Shown here: in pieces, positions 50,703 through 59,319 of the stretch
Position numbering within the stretch: position 1 is the stretch's first letter
Layout of the letters: the number at the start of each line of letters is the position of its first letter
Notes under the pieces: model-generated
Told to the model about the DNA's origin: nothing
Seen by the model: only the letters and a program-made list of their open reading frames with translations
The model's database searches: none
Assembly: GCA_902802905.1 (NCBI GenBank)
Contig: CADCNT010000010.1
Location: 2,393-66,392 of the forward strand
Direction: 5' to 3'
Length of the DNA stretch: 64,000 bases
Origin: an uncultured Erysipelotrichaceae bacterium
GTDB taxonomy: Bacteria; Bacillota_I; Bacilli_A; RFN20; CAG-826
Program-made: the position numbers and the translations under genes

Positions 50703-51446
50703 ATGAATAAAATTATTTACAATTATCACACTCATACATCTAGATGTGGCCACGCCGTTGGTCTAGATGAAGAATATGTTATTAAAGCAATTGAGTTAGG
50801 AATTAAGCGTCTTGGGTTTTCTGACCATATCTTTTTTCCGGGTTTATCTCAAAAAGGTGTGAGAATGAACGAAGATGAAGTAGATGGATATTTAAAGTCT
50901 ATTCATCAATTAAAAGAAAAATATAAAGATCAAATAGATATCAAAGTTGGCTTTGAGGCAGAGTACTTGCCAATGTTTATTGATGAATATAAAGATTTAG
51001 TAAAATCTGGAAAAATTGATTATCTAATTCTCGGTCAACATTTTGGTCAATTTGCTAACAAGATTGATATTTATAAAGAAGATGTTATTAGATACGCATT
51101 AGATGTAAAAGGAGCCATTTCCGTTGGGATTTTCACATATATAGCCCATCCAGATCATTTCCTTTTAGGAGTGAAGAAGTGGAATGAAAACTGTGAGAAA
51201 GCCGTTCGCATTATCATGCAAGCATGTGAAGAAACTGGTACTCCAATTGAGATTAATATTTTAGGCATAAGAGAACATAGGCCATATCCAAGTAAAGAAC
51301 TATTTAAAATTTCTAAAGAATATAATGTGAAATATGTACTAGGTGTTGATGCGCATAAGCCAGAAGATTTTAATCAAAAAGATATCGATCGTGCATTTAC
51401 CTTCCTAAAAGAATTAGACATAGATATATTAAATTTAAAAATATAA
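50703..51446 (+). CDS. PHP-domain phosphatase (histidinol-phosphatase/HisJ family)
   Basis: YHTHTSRCGHA, GFSDH, GFEAEY, GQH, AHPD, EIN, GVDAH. Confidence 0.88.
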   Translation: MNKIIYNYHTHTSRCGHAVGLDEEYVIKAIELGIKRLGFSDHIFFPGLSQKGVRMNEDEVDGYLKSIHQLKEKYKDQIDIKVGFEAEYLPMFIDEYKDLVKSGKIDYLILGQHFGQFANKIDIYKEDVIRYALDVKGAISVGIFTYIAHPDHFLLGVKKWNENCEKAVRIIMQACEETGTPIEINILGIREHRPYPSKELFKISKEYNVKYVLGVDAHKPEDFNQKDIDRAFTFLKELDIDILNLKI

Positions 51447-51457
51447 TTAAATTATAT

Positions 51458-51491
51458 TGTGGCACATTTGTGACAATATATGTGATACCAT
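51458..51491 (+). promoter_or_regulatory. Regulon motif copy 8, promoter of the maturation/export operon
   Basis: TGTGGCA-CATT-TGTGACA-atata-TGTGATACCAT, ending 9 nt before ATG 51501. Confidence 0.8.
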
Positions 51492-51500
51492 ATTTTCAAC

Positions 51501-52673
51501 ATGCTAGAAAAAGAAATTCTTACATTGATGTATCAAGATTTTGAAGTTCTTACTTTTGAAGTGGACTACGAAAAAGAAAGAATCAGAATTGTTGAAAAGC
51601 TAGAACATTTCGATAAAGCACCTTATGGCGTAACCGAAGATAGTTTTAAACTGATGAGATTTTTTAACGCTCGCACTATATCCGCACAAAGAAGTGACTA
51701 TGAAGCAATTCTAAAAGCTATGAAATGCAAGAGTGGTTTTGAACTATCTTTTAAAGGACATGGGCTTTCTTTAGCCAATCATTATTGGTTTAAAAGAGAA
51801 GGCGAAAATTTAAAATATGGTGACATTAACTTCTTTACTAATAAGTGGGATGATACATTCGGTAGAGCGGTATTAAGTGGAGACTACGAAGCTTTAAAGA
51901 CATGTGACTTAAATGTTCCTGATATAGTTATCTCTGGTTGGGGCGTTAAGGGGTGGATTTATGATAACGGACCTAAATTATATAAATTAGGAATCCATAA
52001 TGAACATCCAGAAGAAGCAATATGTGAAGTTTTAGCCGCTAAACTCGCTAGTAGATTATTAAGCCCAGAAGAAGTGCTCCAATATGAGCTAAAGACGATT
52101 AACGGGAAGTATGCTTCTGTGTCTAAGCCATTAATCACTGTGGATGAAGAATTAGTACCTCTATCAATTCTTTTACCTCCTGCTTGGTATTTAATGTTTA
52201 AAGAGAAAAACGCAAATAGAGATCTGAGTAAAGAATTCTTTAAGAAAGTTGAAAACTATGACATGCCTGAGTTATATCAATTCTTTGTCAAAGTTTCTTG
52301 CTTACGTACGTTATGCTTTGTCTCTGATTTGCATTTCGATAACCTCTCTGCAATTAGAAATATGAAAACAGGAAAGCTGAAAATGGCGCCTCTATATGAT
52401 TTAGGTGGAGCGTTTGGTTCTTCTGAATCAGGTAAGAGTATGATTACAAACGCCAATAAAGGTACTTTATTAATAATCTATTTTATGTTTGGTGATTTAT
52501 CTCCAGATTGGGATTATTCTTGGTACAAGCCAGAAAAACTAGTTGGAATTGAAGATGAGATTAGAGAATATTTATCAAAGAGTGATTTCTATAACCCTGA
52601 AATTATCGACTGTGTAATTGAGATTTATCATCAACAAAAGAAAACTTTAGATGAAATAGCGAAAAAGATTTAA
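51501..52673 (+). CDS. HipA/CtkA-like Ser/Thr kinase
   Basis: GLSLANHYW, GWGVKGW...LYKLG...EEAICEVLA, catalytic SDLHFDN and APLYDLG. Confidence 0.78.
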   Translation: MLEKEILTLMYQDFEVLTFEVDYEKERIRIVEKLEHFDKAPYGVTEDSFKLMRFFNARTISAQRSDYEAILKAMKCKSGFELSFKGHGLSLANHYWFKREGENLKYGDINFFTNKWDDTFGRAVLSGDYEALKTCDLNVPDIVISGWGVKGWIYDNGPKLYKLGIHNEHPEEAICEVLAAKLASRLLSPEEVLQYELKTINGKYASVSKPLITVDEELVPLSILLPPAWYLMFKEKNANRDLSKEFFKKVENYDMPELYQFFVKVSCLRTLCFVSDLHFDNLSAIRNMKTGKLKMAPLYDLGGAFGSSESGKSMITNANKGTLLIIYFMFGDLSPDWDYSWYKPEKLVGIEDEIREYLSKSDFYNPEIIDCVIEIYHQQKKTLDEIAKKI

Positions 52674-52686
52674 AAGGAGAAAGAGT

Positions 52687-54081
52687 ATGTTTTATCGTTT
52701 AAAAGATAATGTTGCATTAAGAAAGTGGAGATATGTCGACCGTGCGATTTATAGAAAAGGCAGTGAAAACGCAACCGGCATTTCTCAAAAAGAATTTGAT
52801 ATACTTCTTCTTTGTGATGGAAAGCATGATATCGAACCATCTCCATATCTTGCTAATTTATTATCTCAACGGCTTATTGAAGAATGTAAAGAAGGTGATG
52901 AGGCTAATCCCTGGTCACTTTTACATGAATATGATAACTATTACTTCCCAAAGATGAATTTAATGATTACTGGGAAATGTAATCTTAACTGTTTGCACTG
53001 TTTCAATGCGAAAGATAACGCTCCGCTTAATACTGAATTAACTTATGAAGAAGTTTTAAATATTTTGGATCAAGCACGTGATATTGGAGTGCATGCTTTT
53101 ACCATTACAGGTGGGGAGCCGTTAGTTCATCGTCGTTTCTTAGATATTATTAGAGCGATTTATGAAAGGGACATGTTTGTCTTTGAATTGAACACTAATG
53201 GCTTACTTATCACTCAAAAAATGCTTGATGTCTTTAAAGAGTTAAAATGTTACCCATTAATTAAAATTTCTTTTGATGGAGTTGGCTATCATAACTGGAT
53301 GCGACAAAATCCAAGAGCGGAAGATTTAACTGTTAAAGCGATTCAATTATGTATTAAGAATGGCTTTAGAGTGAAAGCACAAGTGCAAGTTAATCGTAAA
53401 AATGTCGACGTGATGTTAGATACCGCCAAACTTCTAAATGAAATGGGTGTTGATGAGATGAGAATTATTAGAACTACTGAAGCACCTAGATGGGAAAAGA
53501 ATTCTCCAGATTCTTCTTTGCCAATTGAAGAGTACTATCAAAGAATGTTGGAGTTCGCTAAAACATATACTCAAAGCGATATGGAAATGACTATTGATAT
53601 CTGGCAACTTATCAGACTATACCCAAGACACAAATCCTATGATTTAGTTCCTATTGCCTGTTCTAAAGATGAATTTAATATCCGTATTCCAATGTGCAAA
53701 GGTAATCGTGGTATGATTGCGGTTTCTTCTAGCGGAGAAGCTGTACCTTGTTTACAGATGTCTGGTTGGTTTATGGAACGCGGAATTAGCTTAGGTAATG
53801 TTCTTAAAACTCCTTTAAAAGAATTAGTAAAAGATAGCCCATATCTTAATTTAGCAATGGCACCTTTGCTTAAGCAAATTTTGGAAAATGATAAATGTGG
53901 TAACTGTAAATACTATAAAGTTTGTGCCGGTGGTTGCCCTGCCTTAGGACTGCTATATTCTAAAAACGGAGACTACTATCATGAAGATATAACGAAATGT
54001 ATTTTCTTTGAAAATGGTTGGTATGATAGAATAGTTCAAGAATTAAACGAATGGCATCTAATTAAAGCATTGGATCTTTAA
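52687..54081 (+). CDS. Radical SAM/SPASM-domain enzyme with an N-terminal RRE-like extension (putative peptide maturase)
   Basis: CNLNCLHC, TGGEP, NTNG, ISFDG; SPASM MCKG...GEAVPC...LGNV...CGNC...CAGGCPA...C; ~85-aa N-terminal extension with ILLLCDG. Confidence 0.92.
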   Translation: MFYRLKDNVALRKWRYVDRAIYRKGSENATGISQKEFDILLLCDGKHDIEPSPYLANLLSQRLIEECKEGDEANPWSLLHEYDNYYFPKMNLMITGKCNLNCLHCFNAKDNAPLNTELTYEEVLNILDQARDIGVHAFTITGGEPLVHRRFLDIIRAIYERDMFVFELNTNGLLITQKMLDVFKELKCYPLIKISFDGVGYHNWMRQNPRAEDLTVKAIQLCIKNGFRVKAQVQVNRKNVDVMLDTAKLLNEMGVDEMRIIRTTEAPRWEKNSPDSSLPIEEYYQRMLEFAKTYTQSDMEMTIDIWQLIRLYPRHKSYDLVPIACSKDEFNIRIPMCKGNRGMIAVSSSGEAVPCLQMSGWFMERGISLGNVLKTPLKELVKDSPYLNLAMAPLLKQILENDKCGNCKYYKVCAGGCPALGLLYSKNGDYYHEDITKCIFFENGWYDRIVQELNEWHLIKALDL

Positions 54082-54093
54082 TGTTAAATTTTT

Positions 54094-54477
54094 ATGAAAA
54101 AGCAAGACGTTCATATTTCTAGCCCAGAAGAATTAAACAAGCACTTACAACATTCTTCACCGGTAACTTGGATAATTTTGTTTGCGACAATCGCAATCCT
54201 TATCGCGTTTTTTGCTTGGTCATTTATCTATAAATTAAAGGTGAAAATTACTGGTACCGCTACTGTTAATAGTGGTGTTGCTACTTTAGTTGTTGATCAA
54301 CAATCTTCTTCGCAATTAAAAGAAGGGCAGACTGTTCATATTTCTAATGCTGAAGGACTCTTATCATATAACGACCAAGACGAACCAATCGTCAGCAATT
54401 TGACGTTAGATGATGGAGAATATTCTTTCTATATCGTCGTAAAAGAAATTAGACCAATTGATTTTGTAATCAAATAA
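54094..54477 (+). CDS. Short NHLP/NHLM-type secretion accessory protein (HlyD-related)
   Basis: ISSPEELN...SP.TW + transmembrane helix at the N-terminus and RPIDFV at the C-terminus match NHLM secretion proteins; no central coiled coil. Confidence 0.75.
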   Translation: MKKQDVHISSPEELNKHLQHSSPVTWIILFATIAILIAFFAWSFIYKLKVKITGTATVNSGVATLVVDQQSSSQLKEGQTVHISNAEGLLSYNDQDEPIVSNLTLDDGEYSFYIVVKEIRPIDFVIK

Positions 54478-54481
54478 AAAG

Positions 54482-56656
54482 ATGAAAAAGAAGAGAATAA
54501 AGAAGCAAGTGACTCATGGAGTAGCCAATACTCCGATTATTATGCAGTTAGAAGCTCTTGAATGTGGAGCTGCTTCTTTAGCAATGGTCATGGCCTATTA
54601 CGGCAAATGGGTACCACTTGAACAAGTCCGTGTTGATTGTGGCGTTTCTCGTAACGGTAGTAATGCGAAAAACATCTTAAGAGCAGCAGAAAAATATGGT
54701 TTCAAAACTAAAGGCTTTGCTTATAACGTTAAGAGACTTAGAGAAAGAGGAAAGTTCCCTGCTATTATCCACTGGGGTGGTGGACACTTTGTTGTTTTAA
54801 ATGGTTTTAGAGGAAACAAAGCAATTCTTAATGACCCTGCAAAAGGTTTAGTGAAAGTTGATTTAAAAACTTTCGATAAAATCTTTACTGGGATTTATCT
54901 TGAAATTACTCCAGATGAGAATTTTGAACCAGGCGGCAAAAGGAAATCTGTTTTCAAATTCGCTAAAAAGAGACTTAGAGGCGCTTTTGCCTTAGTGGCC
55001 TTCTTCTCAATTACGACGATTGTCTTTTATTTATTTACGATTATTAGTCCAGCAGCAAATCAGGTTTTTGTGGACTACCTGTTAGGAGGGAATAATCCGT
55101 CTTGGTTATTGCCGTTTATTTTTATATTTGCCGGTGTTGGCTTGTTGCAAGTCATAGTGACAATAGTTCAATCCTTATATCAGTATAAGATTAGAGGCAA
55201 ATTAGATTTAATTGGTTCATCCACATACATGTGGAGAATCTTACGTTTACCAATCGACTTCTTTTCTCAACGAATGGTTGGAGACTTACAAGCACGTCAA
55301 AGCGAAAACGCGACTATTGCAGAAACATTGGTGAATGTTTTTGCTCCGCTTTTATTTAACACGATTATGATCGTTGTTTATTTAGTAGTCATGTTAAATA
55401 AGAGCTGGATCCTTACCCTTGTTGGTGTTTTTACCATCTTAGTTAACGCATTCGTTTCACGTTATATTTCTAGAGTAAGAGTTAACATCTCTAGAGTTCA
55501 AGCACGTGATAACTCGAGATTAGCTGGTATGACCTCTAAAGGTATTGAAATGATTGAAACCATTAAATCAAATGGCGCAGAAACCTCTTATTTCTCTAGT
55601 TGGCAAGAAGCCGCTGATAGTGTCTATCAACAAAACGTGAAGATGGCAAAAACTAATTCTTTCCTTGGCTTAGTTCCTACCTTCGTTGCCACATTAGCTA
55701 ACTACGCAGTTTTAATTCTTGGTGTCTACTATACAGTTATTGGCCAATTCACTGTTGGTGCTATTTTAGCGTTCCAAGGTTTATTAAGTGCCTTCATGGC
55801 TCCTGCTAACACACTTATCAGTAGTGGCCAAACTTTACAAGAAATGCGTACTTCTATGGAAAGAGTGGATGACGTTTTAGAATATCCTCTTGATCCAAAT
55901 GTTACTCGTGAAATTGAAATGGAACATGTTTCCAAAATTAAAGGTAACTTAATTCTTAAAGATGTAACCTTTGGTTACTCTAGATTAGATAAACCAGTTT
56001 TAACTAACTTCAACTTAGAAATTAAACAAGGTCAAAAAGTGGCGATTGTTGGTACAACCGGTAGTGGTAAGTCCACAATCTCTAAATTAATTTCTGGTTT
56101 ATATTCACCATGGTCAGGTGAAATCATCTTTGATGGTAAAAAGATTGAAGAAATTGACCATGAAATCTTTACTTCATCGATCGCGGTTGTTGACCAAGAC
56201 ATCACCTTATTTGAAGACACAGTCATGAATAACATCAAGATGTGGGATCGTTCCATTGAAGATTACGAAGCCATTATGGCGTGTAATGATGCGCAAATTC
56301 ATAATTCTATTATTTCTAGACAAGGCGGATATAATGCACCTGTGTTAGAAGGTGGTAAGAACTTCTCTGGTGGCGAAAAACAAAGATTAGAGATTGCTCG
56401 TTCCTTAGCGATGGATCCAAGCATTATCATCCTTGATGAAGCCACTAGTGCGCTTGATGCGAAAACTGAATTTGAAGTGGTAAAAGCAATTAAAGCTAGA
56501 GGTATTACCACAATTGTTATCGCTCATAGATTATCAACGATTAGAGACGCTGATTTAATCGTGGTTTTACAAAAAGGAATTATCGTCGAACAAGGAACTC
56601 ATGACGAGTTAATGGCGTTAAAAGGTTCCTATTACGATTTAGTTACAAACGAATAG
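54482..56656 (+). CDS. NHLP-type peptidase-containing ABC transporter (C39 peptidase/permease/ATPase)
   Basis: QLEALECGAASLAM (catalytic Cys), CGVSRNG, IIHW...HFVV, NDPA; GTTGSGKST, FSGGE, ILDEATS. Confidence 0.93.
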   Translation: MKKKRIKKQVTHGVANTPIIMQLEALECGAASLAMVMAYYGKWVPLEQVRVDCGVSRNGSNAKNILRAAEKYGFKTKGFAYNVKRLRERGKFPAIIHWGGGHFVVLNGFRGNKAILNDPAKGLVKVDLKTFDKIFTGIYLEITPDENFEPGGKRKSVFKFAKKRLRGAFALVAFFSITTIVFYLFTIISPAANQVFVDYLLGGNNPSWLLPFIFIFAGVGLLQVIVTIVQSLYQYKIRGKLDLIGSSTYMWRILRLPIDFFSQRMVGDLQARQSENATIAETLVNVFAPLLFNTIMIVVYLVVMLNKSWILTLVGVFTILVNAFVSRYISRVRVNISRVQARDNSRLAGMTSKGIEMIETIKSNGAETSYFSSWQEAADSVYQQNVKMAKTNSFLGLVPTFVATLANYAVLILGVYYTVIGQFTVGAILAFQGLLSAFMAPANTLISSGQTLQEMRTSMERVDDVLEYPLDPNVTREIEMEHVSKIKGNLILKDVTFGYSRLDKPVLTNFNLEIKQGQKVAIVGTTGSGKSTISKLISGLYSPWSGEIIFDGKKIEEIDHEIFTSSIAVVDQDITLFEDTVMNNIKMWDRSIEDYEAIMACNDAQIHNSIISRQGGYNAPVLEGGKNFSGGEKQRLEIARSLAMDPSIIILDEATSALDAKTEFEVVKAIKARGITTIVIAHRLSTIRDADLIVVLQKGIIVEQGTHDELMALKGSYYDLVTNE

Positions 56657-56669
56657 AAAGGAGAAATAG

Positions 56670-58853
56670 ATGGGTTGGTTTGAAGATCAAGTAAGCCAAA
56701 GAAAGAAACTCGATGCGAAAACATTCGAAGATTCTTTTAAGTCGCTTGCAGGCATCCACGTTAAAAACCAAAAGAACCTCTCTGAACAAGAAATCAGAGA
56801 AAACTTTGCTATTTCGCAAATTCTTTCTTATTACCATCATCGTATGGCGGATGTGCCGTCCACAATCAAGACTTTTAAAGATAAACTCAGCTATGTTTTA
56901 GGCCAATACGGCATTGAATATCATAAAGTGGAATTGACTGGTGAATATGTTAATGAGAACAGCTCTCCATTACTTATCTACACCCTTATTGATGAGATTC
57001 CAGTTATCTTATTCCCAACTAAAAACAATCAATATTATTACATCCATTATGGAACTGGTAAAAAGGTCTATATCGATGCGGAATTAATTCACAAATTAGA
57101 AATTGATGCGATTAGTTTCTATCGTCCTCTTCCTTCTGCGAAGATGTCAATTAAGGAATATGCGAAATATTTACGTAAATCCATTAGGCCACTTGATATC
57201 ATCTTATTAGTCCTATTTGCTGCTGCCGCATCTGGTGTTGGCTTATTGGTGCCATATTTCACCAAGATGTTGACTGGTGATGTTGTCCGTAGCCAAAACG
57301 TTAAATTATTCGTCCTTGCATCCATTTATGTTGTAAGCGCCGCAACGGGATTATTGCTTGTTAAGGCAATACAAGGATATATCAACTCGGTTGTTATGAT
57401 GAAAGTACAGAAGTCTGTACAAGAAGCAACGATGATGAGAGTGTTATCCTTACCACCTTCATTCTTCAAAAAATATAATACCGGTGAACTTGCTGCTAGA
57501 TTTGCTAGTGTTAATAGCCTTGCAAACATGATTTTAAGCGGAGTCTTTATGACTTTAGTTTCTGTTATCATGTCACTTTCTTATTTATTCCAACTCATCG
57601 GCTTTGCTCCATCTCTTATCGTTCCTGTGATCTTAATTCTTCTTGTCACTGCTGGATTTAATATTTTTATTTCCCTCTTACAAAAGAAATATACCGCGCA
57701 AAACTTAGAACTCACTTCTAAAGAAGCTGGTGTTACTTATGAAATGATTAACGGTATTCAAAAAATTAGATTAGCAGGTTCAGAAAAAAGAGTGTTTGCT
57801 AAATGGGCAAATGCCTACGCTAAATCTGCAAAAGTTAGATATAATCCACCTCTTATTTTAAGAATTTCAACTGCGATTACTTTACTTATTACTTCTTTAG
57901 GTAATGTGGTTCTCTATTATGTTGCAGCGAAAAACAATATTGACGCTGGTAGCTATATGGCATTTGTCTCTAGCTATGGTGTTCTTTCCGGAGCCTTTAC
58001 TTCATTAACTTCCGTAGTGCAAGTGATTACTTCTCTCCAACCAGTTTACGAGATGGCAAGACCAATCTTAGAGACCGAACCAGAAACCGCTCAAGGCAAA
58101 CTCGTTTTAGAGTCTGTTAAAGGTAATATCAAACTTGAAAACGTCTGCTTCAAATATATTGAAGACGGACCACTTGTGCTTAACAATTTATCCTTAGAAA
58201 TTCATGAAGGTGAATACATCGCAATCGTTGGTCAAACTGGATGTGGCAAATCCACTTTAGTGAGAGTCCTTTTAGGATTTGAAGAACCGTTAAGCGGTAA
58301 AGTTACTGTAGATGGCCATGACATTAATGATGTCGACTTATCTTCACTAAGAAAGAAAATTGGCACTGTTTTACAAAATGGAACTTTGTTCCATGCGGAT
58401 ATTTTATCTAACATCATTATTTCCTGCCCAACTGTTAAAGAAGAAGAAGCTTGGGTGGCTGCAGAAATCGCTAATATCGCTGATGACATTAGAGAAATGC
58501 CTATGGGCATGAAGACAGTTATTTCTGAAGGTCAAGGTGGTATCTCTGGTGGACAAAAACAAAGAATTATGATTGCTAGAGCTATCGTCCATAGACCAAA
58601 GATTTTAATCTTCGATGAAGCCACTAGTGCTCTTGATAACAAGACTCAAAAGAGTATTACTGAGTCGATTAATAAACTTAACTGTACAAGAATCGTTATT
58701 GCTCATAGATTATCCACAATTAAAAATGCTGATAGAATTATCATGCTTGAAGGTGGTAAGATTATCGAAGAAGGCAGTTACGATTCCTTGATTGCCAAGA
58801 AAGGCAAATTTGCTGAACTTGTCGAAAGACAAAGATTAGATAACGATAAATAA
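56670..58853 (+). CDS. Second NHLP-type ABC transporter subunit (permease/ATPase, N-domain lacks the catalytic Cys)
   Basis: MGWFEDQ start, FYRPLP, GQTGCGKST, ISGGQKQR, IFDEATSALD, IAHRLST. Confidence 0.9.
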   Translation: MGWFEDQVSQRKKLDAKTFEDSFKSLAGIHVKNQKNLSEQEIRENFAISQILSYYHHRMADVPSTIKTFKDKLSYVLGQYGIEYHKVELTGEYVNENSSPLLIYTLIDEIPVILFPTKNNQYYYIHYGTGKKVYIDAELIHKLEIDAISFYRPLPSAKMSIKEYAKYLRKSIRPLDIILLVLFAAAASGVGLLVPYFTKMLTGDVVRSQNVKLFVLASIYVVSAATGLLLVKAIQGYINSVVMMKVQKSVQEATMMRVLSLPPSFFKKYNTGELAARFASVNSLANMILSGVFMTLVSVIMSLSYLFQLIGFAPSLIVPVILILLVTAGFNIFISLLQKKYTAQNLELTSKEAGVTYEMINGIQKIRLAGSEKRVFAKWANAYAKSAKVRYNPPLILRISTAITLLITSLGNVVLYYVAAKNNIDAGSYMAFVSSYGVLSGAFTSLTSVVQVITSLQPVYEMARPILETEPETAQGKLVLESVKGNIKLENVCFKYIEDGPLVLNNLSLEIHEGEYIAIVGQTGCGKSTLVRVLLGFEEPLSGKVTVDGHDINDVDLSSLRKKIGTVLQNGTLFHADILSNIIISCPTVKEEEAWVAAEIANIADDIREMPMGMKTVISEGQGGISGGQKQRIMIARAIVHRPKILIFDEATSALDNKTQKSITESINKLNCTRIVIAHRLSTIKNADRIIMLEGGKIIEEGSYDSLIAKKGKFAELVERQRLDNDK

Positions 58854-58865
58854 TTGGAGGCTTTT

Positions 58866-59159
58866 ATGGAACATAAACTAGAAAACGGAGTATTAACATT
58901 ATTTTTCAAAGGAGATCTTAACTCCAGCAATTCTGAACAAATAGAAGAAGAGATTGAAAAAATCTTAGGCGCAAATAAATTCCAAAGTATAGTGCTTGAT
59001 TTTGCAGAATTACGTTATATTTCATCTGCTGGATTAAGAATCATTCTTAAGATTAAAAAAGAACATGATGACACCAAAGTCGTTAAGGTCAATAAAGATG
59101 TTTATGATATCTTTGAAATGGTTGGCTTTAGCAGTGTCATCACCATTGAACGAGCTTAA
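58866..59159 (+). CDS. STAS-domain protein (anti-sigma factor antagonist-like)
   Basis: GDLNS, VLDFAELRYISSAGLR, VYDIFEMVGF; RBS GGAGG before ATG 58866. Confidence 0.88.
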   Translation: MEHKLENGVLTLFFKGDLNSSNSEQIEEEIEKILGANKFQSIVLDFAELRYISSAGLRIILKIKKEHDDTKVVKVNKDVYDIFEMVGFSSVITIERA

Positions 59160-59178
59160 GAATTGTTGTTAGATAATA

Positions 59179-59207
59179 AAGTCCAAGAGTTTGCTCTTGG
59201 CTTTTTA
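59179..59207 (+). terminator. Intrinsic terminator ending the export operon
   Basis: CCAAGAG-TTTG-CTCTTGG-CTTTTT. Confidence 0.75.
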
Positions 59208-59319
59208 TTTTTTTCAAAAACTAAACGGAAACCAGATGGATTTTATAAAAAGCAAAATAATAAAACCATTCATAAAACAAATCATGTAAAATGATTTAGT
59301 CAAAAGTTGAGGACTAATT

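Noticed and set aside
49652-51446. galM and PHP phosphatase as parts of the peptide system
   Set aside because: A divergent pair with ordinary promoters, no regulon motif, and common housekeeping families.
41434-51491. Repeated TGTGRCA motif as a CRISPR array or integron attC sites
   Set aside because: Spacing is irregular and gene-sized, the repeats are short and direct, no cas or integrase gene is present, and the position is consistently promoter-like.
41489-54081. Assignment to lanthipeptide, azole-containing or spliceotide classes
   Set aside because: No LanM/LanB/LanC or YcaO gene in the window, and the cores lack the YG splicease motif.
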